Shown here in pieces: positions 17,532 through 27,008 of a stretch of DNA of 47,620 bases (position 1 is its first letter; the number at the start of each line of letters is the position of its first letter). The position numbers were made by a program, and so were the translations under genes. The DNA comes from Acidobacteriota bacterium (GTDB lineage: Bacteria; Actinomycetota; Acidimicrobiia; Spongiisociales; UBA11373), in NCBI GenBank assembly GCA_022571885.1, contig JACZWZ010000003.1, positions 1 to 47,620 of the forward strand, written 5' to 3'. The notes beneath the pieces are model-generated. The model worked only from the letters and a program-made list of their open reading frames with translations, ran no database searches and was not told where the DNA came from.

Positions 17532-18292
17532 AGATCGTTCGGATCAGGCTCGAAGATGACGAGATCGCCTACGGAGGCGTCGAGCCGGAGGGGATTCGGG
17601 TCCATCGAGGATCACCCTTTGTTGCGTGGGAGCCGACCGAGACGTTGCTCCCGTTCGCCGATACACAGCTTCTTGCTCCGGTGTTCCCGACCAAGGTCGT
17701 GTGCGTTGCTCGCAACTACGTCGAGCACGCCGCCGAGCAGAACGCCGAAGTCTCCGATGAACCCGTCATCTTCCTCAAGCCGTCTACCGCGGTCATCGGT
17801 CCCGGACAGCCCATCGTGCTGCCGCCGGAGGCAAAGACGGTGCATCATGAGGCCGAGCTTGTGATCGTGGTAGGCAAAGTGAGCCGGAAGGTCAAGGCCG
17901 AGAGCGCATCGGCGCATATCATCGGATACACAGCAGCCAACGACGTATCGGCTCGGGATCTCCAGGCGATAGACGGTCAATGGACTCGTGCCAAGAGCTT
18001 CGATTCGTTCTGTCCGCTGGGACCTGCGATCGAGACGGAACTCGATCCGATCGGGCTATCCGTCACCTGCGCGGTGAATGGTGAGATCCGACAGGAAGGC
18101 AACACCGAAGACATGGTCTTTGGCGTCGCCGAGATTTTCGAGTTTGTGACCGGCGTCATGACCATGCTCCCCGGTGACGTGATCCTGACCGGTACCCCGG
18201 CCGGTGTAGGCCCGATCGTGGCGGGAGATCTGGTGGATGTGTCGATCGAGCGGATCGGCAGTCTCACCAACCCGGTGGTGAACGGGTCATGA
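17528..18292 (+). CDS. Fumarylacetoacetate hydrolase (FAH) family protein
   Basis: Starts at MKIVRIRL. The FAH-like core runs KVVCVARNYVEHAAE...EAELVIVVG...GDVILTGTPAGVG. Its position upstream of gltX is the same as in other actinobacteria. Confidence 0.8.
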   Translation: MKIVRIRLEDDEIAYGGVEPEGIRVHRGSPFVAWEPTETLLPFADTQLLAPVFPTKVVCVARNYVEHAAEQNAEVSDEPVIFLKPSTAVIGPGQPIVLPPEAKTVHHEAELVIVVGKVSRKVKAESASAHIIGYTAANDVSARDLQAIDGQWTRAKSFDSFCPLGPAIETELDPIGLSVTCAVNGEIRQEGNTEDMVFGVAEIFEFVTGVMTMLPGDVILTGTPAGVGPIVAGDLVDVSIERIGSLTNPVVNGS

Positions 18293-19734
18293 CCGTCCGG
18301 GTGCGGTTTGCTCCGTCACCGACCGGCTACCTCCACGTGGGTGGCGGTCGGACGGCGCTGTACAACTGGCTGTTTGCACGTCACCACGGTGGGGCGTTCA
18401 TTCTGAGATCCGACGACACCGACGCCCAGCGATCTACCGATGAGTTCCGCGCCGACATCCTCGACAGCCTCGGCTGGCTGGGCATCGATTGGGACGAGGG
18501 GATAGAGGTCGGCGGCTCCCACGGCACCTATCGCCAGAGCGATCGGTTCGACAGGTATCGGGAGGTGGCCGAGGGGTTCGTGGCGTCGGGTGCTGCCTAC
18601 TACGACGCGGCGACTTCAGATGATCTGAAACTCATTCGTGACCAGGCGACGGCATCCGGCTCGTCACCCGTGTATGACGGGCGTCACCAATTGTCGATCG
18701 AGGCCGCCCAGCACCGGGTGGCGGCAGGCGACCCGCCACCGATCCGGTTCGCGGTGCTGCGTCCCGGCGAGACCCGGTTCGAGGACGCGGTGCGCGGTGA
18801 GGTGGTGTTCGATCACGCCAACGTCGACGACTTCGTGATCCTGCGCAGCGATGGCTCCCCGACGTACCACCTGGCGTCGACTGTCGACGACGTGGATTAC
18901 GCCATCACCCACGTGATTAGAGGAGAGGACATCCTCTCATCGACGCCCAAGCACATCCTCATTACCGAGGCGATGGGAGCGGAGCGTCCGACGTATGCCC
19001 ACCTGTCGCTGCTCAACGGACCGGACGGCAAGAAGCTGTCCAAACGGCACGGCGACACCGCGATCCGCGCCTATCGCGACGCCGGGTTTCTGCCGCCGGC
19101 GGTCGTCAACTTTCTGGCGATCCTCGGTTGGTCGCCCGGTGATGACGAGGAGATCGTCTCCCTACAGGACATGGTGGAGCGCTTCGAACTCGGATCGGTT
19201 TCGAAGAACCCTGCCGTGTTCGACACGACGAAGCTCGAATGGATGAACGGTGTGTATATCCGCCAGATGAGTCCGGAGGCGTTTGCGATCGAGCTGGGGA
19301 GGCTGGTGGCGGGGGACCTGGGCCGAGAGTTGTCCGAGGCCGAAACCCAATCACTGGTCGATCTGGCGCCGTTGGTGCAAGAGCGAGCGAAGCTCCTCAC
19401 CGAGGTGGCACCACAGGTTCGGTTCCTGTTCGTGGACGAGCTGGAGTACGACCGGGCGTCCTGGGACAAGGTCATGGCGACACCGGAGGCGCTGGCGGTG
19501 GTCGAGGGCGCTCGATCGGCTCTGGCAGGTTCCGAGTGGACCCACCAGGGGGTCGAAGCCGCCTTGAGGACGATGCTCGACGAGCAGGGATTGTCGGCCC
19601 GCAAGGGCCTGCAACCGCTTCGGGTAGCCCTCACCGGTTCTTCGGTGAGCCCTCCACTGTTCGAGTCGATCGTGGCCGTCGGGCGCGATCGTGCACTCGA
19701 AAGGTTGGCGGTGGCGAAGAAACGCATCGGGTGA
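18289..19734 (+). CDS. gltX: Glutamate--tRNA ligase
   Basis: RFAPSPTGYLHVGG (HIGH region) and KLSKR (KMSKS region). 481 aa. Confidence 0.9.
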   Translation: MTVRVRFAPSPTGYLHVGGGRTALYNWLFARHHGGAFILRSDDTDAQRSTDEFRADILDSLGWLGIDWDEGIEVGGSHGTYRQSDRFDRYREVAEGFVASGAAYYDAATSDDLKLIRDQATASGSSPVYDGRHQLSIEAAQHRVAAGDPPPIRFAVLRPGETRFEDAVRGEVVFDHANVDDFVILRSDGSPTYHLASTVDDVDYAITHVIRGEDILSSTPKHILITEAMGAERPTYAHLSLLNGPDGKKLSKRHGDTAIRAYRDAGFLPPAVVNFLAILGWSPGDDEEIVSLQDMVERFELGSVSKNPAVFDTTKLEWMNGVYIRQMSPEAFAIELGRLVAGDLGRELSEAETQSLVDLAPLVQERAKLLTEVAPQVRFLFVDELEYDRASWDKVMATPEALAVVEGARSALAGSEWTHQGVEAALRTMLDEQGLSARKGLQPLRVALTGSSVSPPLFESIVAVGRDRALERLAVAKKRIG

Positions 19735-19752
19735 CGTGCACCGGCGGCCTCT

Positions 19753-20646
19753 CTATGGAGAAGCTGACTGGCGCTCGCCGAAAGCACGGTCCAGCCGGTC
19801 CTCGGCAAACTCGAGGTAGTCGAAGTCGATCTCGCTGTAAACCGCCTGGACGAGCGACCAGATGATGTTCCAACACAGGTACAAGTCGATTTGGGCGCCG
19901 AGGTCCCACCTGATGCGATCATCCACCAACTCGAAGTAGGTCCCGAGCAGCAACTCCCGTCCGTCGGAGTCGAGTGGGGAGGCGATTGTCGCCAGATCGT
20001 ACATCCGATCGCCCATGCCGGCGTATTCCCAGTCGACCACCCACAGGGCGTCGTCGTCGAGGAAATTCATGTAGACCAGATCGTTGTGGCACAAGACCGG
20101 ATCAGCCTCACCGGCCATGAGCCGACCCTTCGACGCATCAACTCGTTTCAGCAAGGCGGCCAGTCGAGTGGGCCGAGGCACGCCGAGCTCATCGGTGATG
20201 ACAAGCCAGCGCCGGATGTCATCGTAGGGATCGAAGGTGCCGTCGATCGGATCGAGAGAGTGGATGTCACGCGTCCGGAGTGCAACTCGCCGGATCGTCT
20301 CCTCCGAGGCGAACTCCTCGGCGTCGAACGAGCGCGCCGCAGCCAGGTACCGGGTGACACAGTGGCCTTCCGGTGAGAGGAACGCCACGACGTTGGGGCC
20401 GATGCCGGCGTTCGCCGCCCGTGTGAGTGCGGCCCTCTCCTGAGTTCGGTCGAGGCCGAGGACCCGACCGCTCTCACCCGCCAGACGGACCACATACTGC
20501 ACCCCATCAGCCGACACGACGTAGCTGATGTTGGAGAGCCCACCGACTAGCGGCGCGACGTCGAGGTCTGTTGCTTCTCTCAGGACGGAAACGCGGTCGA
20601 TCACGGCGCCAAGCACCGGATCATGCAAATGACGGTTCGCAGACAT
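19753..20646 (-). CDS. Phosphotransferase, choline/ethanolamine-kinase-like (APH superfamily)
   Basis: Catalytic-loop motif CHNDLVYMNFL and VVDWEYAGMGDRMYDLA. Confidence 0.7.
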   Translation of the reverse strand: MSANRHLHDPVLGAVIDRVSVLREATDLDVAPLVGGLSNISYVVSADGVQYVVRLAGESGRVLGLDRTQERAALTRAANAGIGPNVVAFLSPEGHCVTRYLAAARSFDAEEFASEETIRRVALRTRDIHSLDPIDGTFDPYDDIRRWLVITDELGVPRPTRLAALLKRVDASKGRLMAGEADPVLCHNDLVYMNFLDDDALWVVDWEYAGMGDRMYDLATIASPLDSDGRELLLGTYFELVDDRIRWDLGAQIDLYLCWNIIWSLVQAVYSEIDFDYLEFAEDRLDRAFGERQSASP

Positions 20647-20739
20647 TGATGGTCAAGCTACTAGTTGCTCAATCCCGCTGGGGTGCGCGGCAGCGCCCCA
20701 TAGCCGGGTACCACGGGGCGGGATCTCTAGCATCTCCGG

Positions 20740-21411
20740 ATGTTTCGGGAGCCGTCGTTTCGCAGAGGTCTTCGCGACGGATTCACCATCTTTCTTGCTG
20801 TGGGTGCCTTTGGGGTGGCATTTGGGATGCTCGCCATCGAGGCCGGGATCGCATGGTGGGTGGCGGTTCTGGCATCGGCGTTGGTGGTGTCGGGAGCAGC
20901 GCAGTTTGCTTGGCTCGGTCTGGTGGGTGCCGGAGTGGTTCCGGTTCTCGTCACCACGACCGGCCTTGCCTTGAGGCATGTCCCGATGTCGGCCCGGATG
21001 GCGGCGTTGGTGGGCCGGGCGCCGCTGCGCACCAGGCTCGCACTGGCCTGGGTGCTGACCGACGAGACTTTCGGTCTGACATTGTCGGCAGCGCGACGCG
21101 GCGAAGAAGATCTGGTGGCATACAAGGCCGCCGTCGACCTGCAGCTCTATTCGGGGTGGCTGGCCGGCACCGCCATCGGAGTGGCGATCGGCTCTCGGTT
21201 CGATCCAACGGCGTGGGGTGCCGAGGCCTTCTTCGGGATTCTCTTTGTGGGCCTGGCAGCGGGCCTGGTGCGGAATCGGTGGGACGTCGCCGTGGCCGGC
21301 TTGGCGGTGGGTGCCACGTTCGGTGCGGCTGCACTGCTACCCGAGGCCTGGCAGATTGCGGCGGCGGCAGCAGTTGCCGCCGGTGCCGGAATGGTGCTGC
21401 CCGGTGAGTGA
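20740..21411 (+). CDS. azlC: AzlC family branched-chain amino acid exporter subunit
   Basis: 223-aa polytopic protein. The N-terminus FRRGLRDGFTIFLAVGAFGVAFGMLA is typical of AzlC, and an AzlD-like gene follows. Confidence 0.7.
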   Translation: MFREPSFRRGLRDGFTIFLAVGAFGVAFGMLAIEAGIAWWVAVLASALVVSGAAQFAWLGLVGAGVVPVLVTTTGLALRHVPMSARMAALVGRAPLRTRLALAWVLTDETFGLTLSAARRGEEDLVAYKAAVDLQLYSGWLAGTAIGVAIGSRFDPTAWGAEAFFGILFVGLAAGLVRNRWDVAVAGLAVGATFGAAALLPEAWQIAAAAAVAAGAGMVLPGE

Positions 21412-21412
21412 C

Positions 21413-21709
21413 ATGTTGCTGGTGGTGGCGATGGGAGCGATTACCTACGGCAGTCGCGTCGTGCTGCTGGCCCGGTCAGGCCGAATGGAGGGGCGGGTTG
21501 ATTCGTTCTTGGAGCGGTTCCCTCTGGCCCTGTTCGTTGCTCTGGCGACTGCGACCCTGCTGGTTCCGGACGCCGATGTGGAGCCCGCGCTCGGATATGC
21601 CGCCTTTGTCGGGGCTGTGGCCGCCGGCATCGTGACCCGGGGATCGTTGCCCGGAGTGTTGATTCTCGGGGGAGCGGCGTACTGGGTGGCTCGCCTGGTC
21701 ATCGGCTGA
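21413..21709 (+). CDS. azlD: AzlD family small membrane protein
   Basis: 98 aa, MLLVVAMGAITYGSRVVLL.... It abuts azlC. An in-frame GTG at 21404 is an alternative start. Confidence 0.65.
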   Translation: MLLVVAMGAITYGSRVVLLARSGRMEGRVDSFLERFPLALFVALATATLLVPDADVEPALGYAAFVGAVAAGIVTRGSLPGVLILGGAAYWVARLVIG

Positions 21710-22097
21710 GCCCTCGAGGGGCAGAACTCCAGGAGGACATTGATCTCAAGCTTCTCAGGGGCACTTGCAATGCCCTCGAGTGAGACTCCCAGATCTCCGT
21801 GATGGCCTCGGCGTCTGCTGGATGCCTGAAGAAGATGAAGCTTCGATCTGAGAGGACTGACTCCTAGAGCCGCAGTCAGGATCCGGCGTTGCATCGGTCG
21901 ACGTCATGTCACCAGAATCGACCGCTAGGGACCTCCGACTTCTCCGTGACCCATCGATGAGCCGGTCGTCAGAACTGATTGCAGGCGTTGGACAGCGCCT
22001 TGGTCGAGCCAAGATCCGGGCGAGGCGTTCTCGGGTCGATCGCACCACCAGCACCATCTTGCCTCTCAAGGGTGCGTCGCTACCATTCCCCGGCCTT

Positions 22098-22169
22098 TCG
22101 GGGGTGGTGTAATTGGCAACACACTTGGTTCTGGTCCAAGCATTGAGGGTTCGAGTCCTTCCCCCCGAG
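22098..22169 (+). tRNA. tRNA-Gln (anticodon CTG)
   Basis: Cloverleaf folded by hand. Acceptor is TCGGGGG/CCCCCGA. Anticodon arm is CTTGG-TTCTGGT-CCAAG. T arm is GAGGG-TTCGAGT-CCTTC. No encoded CCA. Confidence 0.85.
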
Positions 22170-22193
22170 CGAAGGTGGTACAACTACCGCCGC

Positions 22194-22266
22194 GGCCCCG
22201 TCGTCTAGCGGCCTAGGACGCTGGCCTCTCAAGCCAGTAACGCCGGTTCAAATCCGGTCGGGGCTA
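22194..22266 (+). tRNA. tRNA-Glu (anticodon CTC)
   Basis: Acceptor is GGCCCCG/CGGGGCT. The D region TCGTCTAGCGGCCTAGGAC is typical of tRNA-Glu. Anticodon arm is CTGGC-CTCTCAA-GCCAG. T arm is GCCGG-TTCAAAT-CCGGT. Confidence 0.85.
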
Positions 22267-22273
22267 CAAAGAA

Positions 22274-22342
22274 GTCATTAGTCGTTAGTCATTAGCAATT
22301 AGCAGGACTCTTCCTAAGGACTAATGACCAAGAACTAATGAC
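22274..22342. repeat. Inverted heptamer arrays: GTCATTA GTCGTTA GTCATTA GCAATTA, then CTAATGAC x2 on the other arm
   Basis: Read directly at 22274-22301, 22321-22328 and 22335-22342. It also holds CTAAGGA (the reverse complement of TCCTTAG) at 22314-22320. It lies between tRNA-Glu and the convergent SDR gene. Confidence 0.85.
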
Positions 22343-22346
22343 TTCC

Positions 22347-23054
22347 TCAGGATCCTCCGTACACGGGGATCATTGCTCCGTTGATCACGGACGAGTCCTT
22401 GGAGGCTAGGAAGTCGATCACGGCGGCGATCTCGGCCGGCGTGGGCCAGTCGACGTAGTTGGCGAATGGCACCACTTGTCGGAATGCGGGGGTGTCGATC
22501 AGGGCGGGCAGGACGACGTTCGAGGTGACCTCGGCGTCCGAGACTTCTTCAGCGATCGATCGGGCCAGAGCGATCACGCCGGCTTTGGCGACGTTGTAGA
22601 TGGCCTGCCCCGAGGGCGGGTCGACCGCAGAGCGGCTTCCCACCATGATGATCCTTCCCCACTCGGCAGCGCGCAGGTGGGGGATCGCGGGCCGTGCGGC
22701 GTTGAACGCCGTTCGCAGATTGAGGTCGATCATGCGCTCGAATCGGACATCGTCCGTCTCGTGGACGTCACGGCCTCCGGCCCAACCACCGATCAGACAA
22801 GCCAGCACGTTGAGCCCCCCGAAGGTCGTCACCACCTCGTCGATGAAGGCGGTTGTGGCTTCGCCGTCGGTGCAGTCGACTCGTTTGAGAAACAGTCGAT
22901 CCTCGGACAGGCGCAGCTGCCGTTCGACCTCGTTGGCTTCTTCCGGCACGAGATAGGTGATCGCAAGACGAAAGCCGCGTCCCGCCAATCGGGCCGCAAC
23001 CTCTCTACCCAATCCACCCGTTCCTCCGGTGAGTACCGCAACAGGATCCGACAC
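22347..23054 (-). CDS. Short-chain dehydrogenase/reductase (classical SDR)
   Basis: VLTGGTGGLGREVA cofactor motif and YNVAK catalytic Y-x-x-x-K. 235 aa. Confidence 0.8.
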   Translation of the reverse strand: MSDPVAVLTGGTGGLGREVAARLAGRGFRLAITYLVPEEANEVERQLRLSEDRLFLKRVDCTDGEATTAFIDEVVTTFGGLNVLACLIGGWAGGRDVHETDDVRFERMIDLNLRTAFNAARPAIPHLRAAEWGRIIMVGSRSAVDPPSGQAIYNVAKAGVIALARSIAEEVSDAEVTSNVVLPALIDTPAFRQVVPFANYVDWPTPAEIAAVIDFLASKDSSVINGAMIPVYGGS

Positions 23055-23140
23055 GTCATTCCTCGCGAGACGGCTACTCGGTCATGGTACAAGCCGTATC
23101 GCTAACCTCAACGCGGCGCCTGTGTCCCCGGGGAGGATCC

Positions 23141-24361
23141 GTGGCAGAGATCAGACTCGAGCAAATCGGCAAGATCTACGACGATGAGACCCGTGCCGTC
23201 GGGGAGGTAGACCTCACCATCGAGGATGGCGAGTTTCTGGTGCTCGTCGGCCCTTCGGGCTGTGGCAAGTCGACGATTCTGCGCATGATCGCCGGGCTCG
23301 AGGAAATTTCCGAGGGCAAGATGTTCATCGGTGACACCGTTGTCAACGATGTCGCGTCCAAGGATCGCGACATCGCGATGGTCTTCCAGAATTACGCCTT
23401 GTATCCGCACATGTCGGTGTACGACAACATGGCGTTCGGCCTCAAGCTTCGCAAGATGGACAAGAAAGAGATCGATCGCAGGGTGCAGAACGCGGCAGAG
23501 ACGCTCGAGATCACCGAGTTCCTGGAACGCAGGCCCAAGGCTCTCTCCGGTGGCCAGCGGCAAAGGGTCGCGATGGGTCGGGCGATCGTCCGCGAGCCCA
23601 AGGCCTTCTTGATGGATGAGCCGCTGTCCAACCTCGATGCCAAGTTGCGGGTTCAGATGCGGACCGAGTTGAGGCTTCTACACGCTCGGCTGGTGACGAC
23701 GACGGTGTATGTGACTCACGATCAGGTCGAAGCGATGACGCTCGGCCAACGGGTGGCGGTGCTCAAGCGGGTCAGCAAGGCGCGGCCGGACAACCTTCAG
23801 CAGGTCGCTCCGCCGTCAGAACTGTTCCAGAACCCGAGGAATTTGTTTGTGGCCGGGTTCATCGGAAGCCCGTCGATGAACCTGGTGGTGGGTCATCTCG
23901 AAGGTTCCGACGGCTCCGTCACTGCGGTGTTCGGTGGCCTTCGGCTCTCGGTGGACCGGCGGGCGCTCGATCGTCACCCAGGTATCGAGAACTACATGAA
24001 CAAGGATCTTGTCATCGGTATTCGTCCCGGCGACTTCGAGCACGTCAGCATGGCCGGCGACGGTGCTGATCGGACGATGTCGGTCACCGTCGAAGTGGCC
24101 GAGGTGCTTGGTTCCGAGACGTTCGTTCACTATCAGGTCGATGTGCCTCCGGTCATCACGCCCGACATCGAGGAGGTGCTCCAAGAGCGGGGCGCCGATG
24201 TGGCCTCGTTGGGGCAGACCTCCAGGTTCACGTCGCGGATTTCCTCCGACGTGTCGGTGAGTCTGGGCGATACCGTGGATCTTGTGGTGGATGTGGCCAA
24301 GTTCCACTTCTTCGATCTCGCCACCGGCGATCGCGTCGGATACCGGGAAGGGAACTATTAG
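23141..24361 (+). CDS. msiK: Sugar ABC transporter ATP-binding protein, MsiK/MalK/UgpC type, without adjacent permease genes
   Basis: Walker A GPSGCGKST, signature LSGGQRQRV, Walker B FLMDEPLSNLD, and a C-terminal regulatory (TOBE-like) domain. GTG at 23141 follows GGGAGGA. The gene symbol is by analogy only. Confidence 0.75.
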   Translation: MAEIRLEQIGKIYDDETRAVGEVDLTIEDGEFLVLVGPSGCGKSTILRMIAGLEEISEGKMFIGDTVVNDVASKDRDIAMVFQNYALYPHMSVYDNMAFGLKLRKMDKKEIDRRVQNAAETLEITEFLERRPKALSGGQRQRVAMGRAIVREPKAFLMDEPLSNLDAKLRVQMRTELRLLHARLVTTTVYVTHDQVEAMTLGQRVAVLKRVSKARPDNLQQVAPPSELFQNPRNLFVAGFIGSPSMNLVVGHLEGSDGSVTAVFGGLRLSVDRRALDRHPGIENYMNKDLVIGIRPGDFEHVSMAGDGADRTMSVTVEVAEVLGSETFVHYQVDVPPVITPDIEEVLQERGADVASLGQTSRFTSRISSDVSVSLGDTVDLVVDVAKFHFFDLATGDRVGYREGNY

Positions 24362-24365
24362 GCGT

Positions 24366-24539
24366 GTCGATCGGGAACCGGTCGTGGCCTGTCGGCCCGA
24401 CGCGGGGTTTCGCATGGCGACGCTTCCCGTTGCCCGTATCCCGTTTCCCGTATGGTGTTGCTGGAGCTGTCGTGGCGCTCGAAGCTGCCGGGACCTGATT
24501 CGGGAGACGGGGAACTGGAAGCGGGAACCGGCTTCGACC
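24366..24539 (-). repeat. Dispersed ~170-nt intergenic element, copy A (minus orientation)
   Basis: The reverse complement aligns over its full length with copies B and C. Shared blocks are GGTCGAAGCCGGTTCCCGCTTCCAGTTCCCCGT, AGCAACACCATACGGGAAACGGGATACGGG and GCGTCGGGCCGACAGG. Confidence 0.85.
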
Positions 24540-24661
24540 GACTCACACCACATATCGGCGCTGCCCCAAAGACCAGCCTGCAGCTTGGATCAGCTCGGTA
24601 GCCGGAACCCCGAACCGAAGATTTGCTATCGGGGCCATCTACCCAGGCCGGGAGTCGGCAC

Positions 24662-25249
24662 TCAGGTCAGAAATGGTGAGAGCCAGGCGCCACCGGGGAG
24701 GCCGGCGGCGGCCGAAAGATCGCCCGGAGTGTCCAATTCGATGAGCGTCTTGATGTCGATGTGCACCGTGGTGGCGAGATTCGACAGCGCGGCAAGGTGC
24801 CGATGGAATGAGCCCGGACCGTAGGACAGCCGAATCCGACCGTGGGAGCCGAGCAGGTTGGTCCCACCGTCGCGTGAAGGGGCGATGACCGACCCTCCGG
24901 CGGCGAGAGTGGCTCGAGCATCGGTCATGGTGGCCCCGTCGAGCAGTGGCAGATCGCCGTGCACGATGATCCAGGGTCCATCGCACTGCTCGATCGCCAC
25001 CCGGCACGCGGCATCGAGTCCCTGCGATGGGTCGGGAATCACGATCGCAGAATGTTGCACGGCCCATGCTGCGACCGCCTCGTCACCGGCCACGATCATG
25101 ATGTCGAGGCCGCCATCGGCGCACGCTCGAACGACATGGCCGGCGGTCGTCCGAGCGAGCGACGATCGTTGCTGTTGATCGAGTACCGGGGCGAGACGGC
25201 CCTTGGCGACGGCGAACCCCTTGAGCGGGATGACTGCAATGGGATTCAT
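24662..25249 (-). CDS. cofC: 2-phospho-L-lactate (phosphoenolpyruvate) guanylyltransferase, F420 biosynthesis
   Basis: IAVIPLKGFAVAKGRL, GDLPLL and SRDGGTNLL...YGPGSFHRH match the CofC/FbiD pattern. 195 aa. Confidence 0.75.
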   Translation of the reverse strand: MNPIAVIPLKGFAVAKGRLAPVLDQQQRSSLARTTAGHVVRACADGGLDIMIVAGDEAVAAWAVQHSAIVIPDPSQGLDAACRVAIEQCDGPWIIVHGDLPLLDGATMTDARATLAAGGSVIAPSRDGGTNLLGSHGRIRLSYGPGSFHRHLAALSNLATTVHIDIKTLIELDTPGDLSAAAGLPGGAWLSPFLT

Positions 25250-25295
25250 GTGGTCGGATCAGCATAAGAGGGCAGGCGGATCGCCGGTGTGGATC

Positions 25296-25462
25296 GGTCG
25301 AAGTCGTTTCCCGTTTCCAGATCTCCGTTTCCGTCAGTCCCCCAGTGGCGTAGAGCGCCACCACAACACTCGCACCACCATTCGGGAAACTGGCACGGCA
25401 AACCTCGCCCGGCCGAACCCAGCGTCGCGTCAACACTTCGCCACCGGGTCGGTATCCGCTAT
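25296..25462 (+). repeat. Dispersed ~170-nt intergenic element, copy B
   Basis: Shared blocks are GGTCGAAGTCGTTTCCCGTTTCCAG, CACCATTCGGGAAAC and CCAGCGTCGCGTCAACA...GCCACCGGGTCGGTATCCGCT. The element ends about 78 nt upstream of the pyk start. Confidence 0.85.
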
Positions 25463-25539
25463 GCCCCCAGAGCCGGTCGCCGCCAAACTGGTGCGAGATG
25501 CTCATCAGGGCCGTGGGCGGGGCCGGGTACAGTGATGAT

Positions 25540-27006
25540 GTGTCGCGTCGGACCAAGATCATCGCCACCCTGGGGCCCGCCAGCGCCGATCCGGAGATCA
25601 TTTCCCAGATGGTCGATGCCGGCATGGATGTGGCCCGGCTCAACTTTTCGCACGGCAGCTACGAGTCGCACGCGGGGCTGATCGCGGCGGTACGAGCTGC
25701 AGCATCGGACCATGATCGGGCGGTCGCCGTGATGCAGGACATCCAGGGGCCGCGCATCCGGGTCGGTAGGTTTCCGGACACTGCTATCCAGATCCAGACC
25801 GGATCCGAGGTTCGACTGGCACCCGGTGACGGAGAGGGCAGCGCCTCACTGGTGTACGTCCAACATCTTGGAGAGGTGACTCTCGAGGTGGGGGCGCCGG
25901 TCGTGATGAACGACGGTCTGATCCAACTCGAAGTCACTTCAGTGGACGGCGAGACCGCCGTCGCCAGGGTGGTCGAGGGCGGCATTCTCAGCAATCACAA
26001 GAGCGTGGCGTTCCCAGGCGCCGCGCTCGACCTCCCGGCGGTCACACAGAAGGATGCTGCCGATCTGGCATTCGGCCTGGAGCAGGGTGTCGACATAGTC
26101 GCCGCCTCCTTCGTCACTTCCGGTGACGACATCGCCCGCGTCAAATCGATCGTGGGGGATCTACCCGTCATTGCCAAGATCGAGCGGGTTGCCGCCTATG
26201 AGAATCTCGACGCCATCCTCTCGGTGGCTGATGGAGCGATGGTGGCCCGAGGAGATCTCGGAGTGGAACTCGGGATCGCGCCGTTGCCACGGGCTCAGAA
26301 GGACATCATTTATCGAACCAACGAGGCCTCCCGCATTTCGATAACGGCGACCGAGATGCTGGAGTCGATGACCTCGTCGCCGCGGCCGACGCGGGCCGAG
26401 GTGACCGATGTGGCCAATGCAGTGCTGGATGGCACCGACGCGGTGATGCTTTCCACCGAGACTGCCGCCGGCGGCTATCCGGTACGAGCGGTGGCGATGA
26501 TGGCTGCAGTCTGCTTGGAAGCCGAGGCCAGCCCGGGTTATCCGCAGAGCACGGCCTCCGTCTCTGGTTTTGAGCGAAGCTTTGCTTCGGCAATAGCCCA
26601 CGCCGCGTCCGACGCCGCAGCCAATCTCGAACTGTCCATGATCGTTGCCTTTACCGAGAGCGGATTGACGGCCCGGCTGGTTGCCAACTACCGCCCGGCC
26701 GCCTCGATCATCGCGTTCACACCCCACGAGTCGACGTTCAATCGCCTGGCGCTGGTGTGGGGGGTGACGCCACTGCGCTTTCCAATCCTCGATTCGACCG
26801 ACACGATGATCGAGGAGGCCGGGCGACGCCTTCTAGAGCGGGGGCTGGTCGAGCCGGGGGATTGGGTGGCCATGGTCGCCGGTATACCTCCCAATCAGCA
26901 AGCCTCGACCAACCTGCTCAAGTTGCATGTCATCGGCTCAGGTTCGACCGGAGCTCCGGGAGGCTCGAAGCAGACCCCTAGGATCATCGGATCCGACGAG
27001 GACTGA
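25540..27006 (+). CDS. pyk: Pyruvate kinase
   Basis: SRRTKIIATLGPAS, NFSHG and MVARGDLGVE motifs. GTG at 25540 is chosen as start; the ORF opens at 25498. Confidence 0.9.
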   Translation: MSRRTKIIATLGPASADPEIISQMVDAGMDVARLNFSHGSYESHAGLIAAVRAAASDHDRAVAVMQDIQGPRIRVGRFPDTAIQIQTGSEVRLAPGDGEGSASLVYVQHLGEVTLEVGAPVVMNDGLIQLEVTSVDGETAVARVVEGGILSNHKSVAFPGAALDLPAVTQKDAADLAFGLEQGVDIVAASFVTSGDDIARVKSIVGDLPVIAKIERVAAYENLDAILSVADGAMVARGDLGVELGIAPLPRAQKDIIYRTNEASRISITATEMLESMTSSPRPTRAEVTDVANAVLDGTDAVMLSTETAAGGYPVRAVAMMAAVCLEAEASPGYPQSTASVSGFERSFASAIAHAASDAAANLELSMIVAFTESGLTARLVANYRPAASIIAFTPHESTFNRLALVWGVTPLRFPILDSTDTMIEEAGRRLLERGLVEPGDWVAMVAGIPPNQQASTNLLKLHVIGSGSTGAPGGSKQTPRIIGSDED

Positions 27007-27008
27007 GT

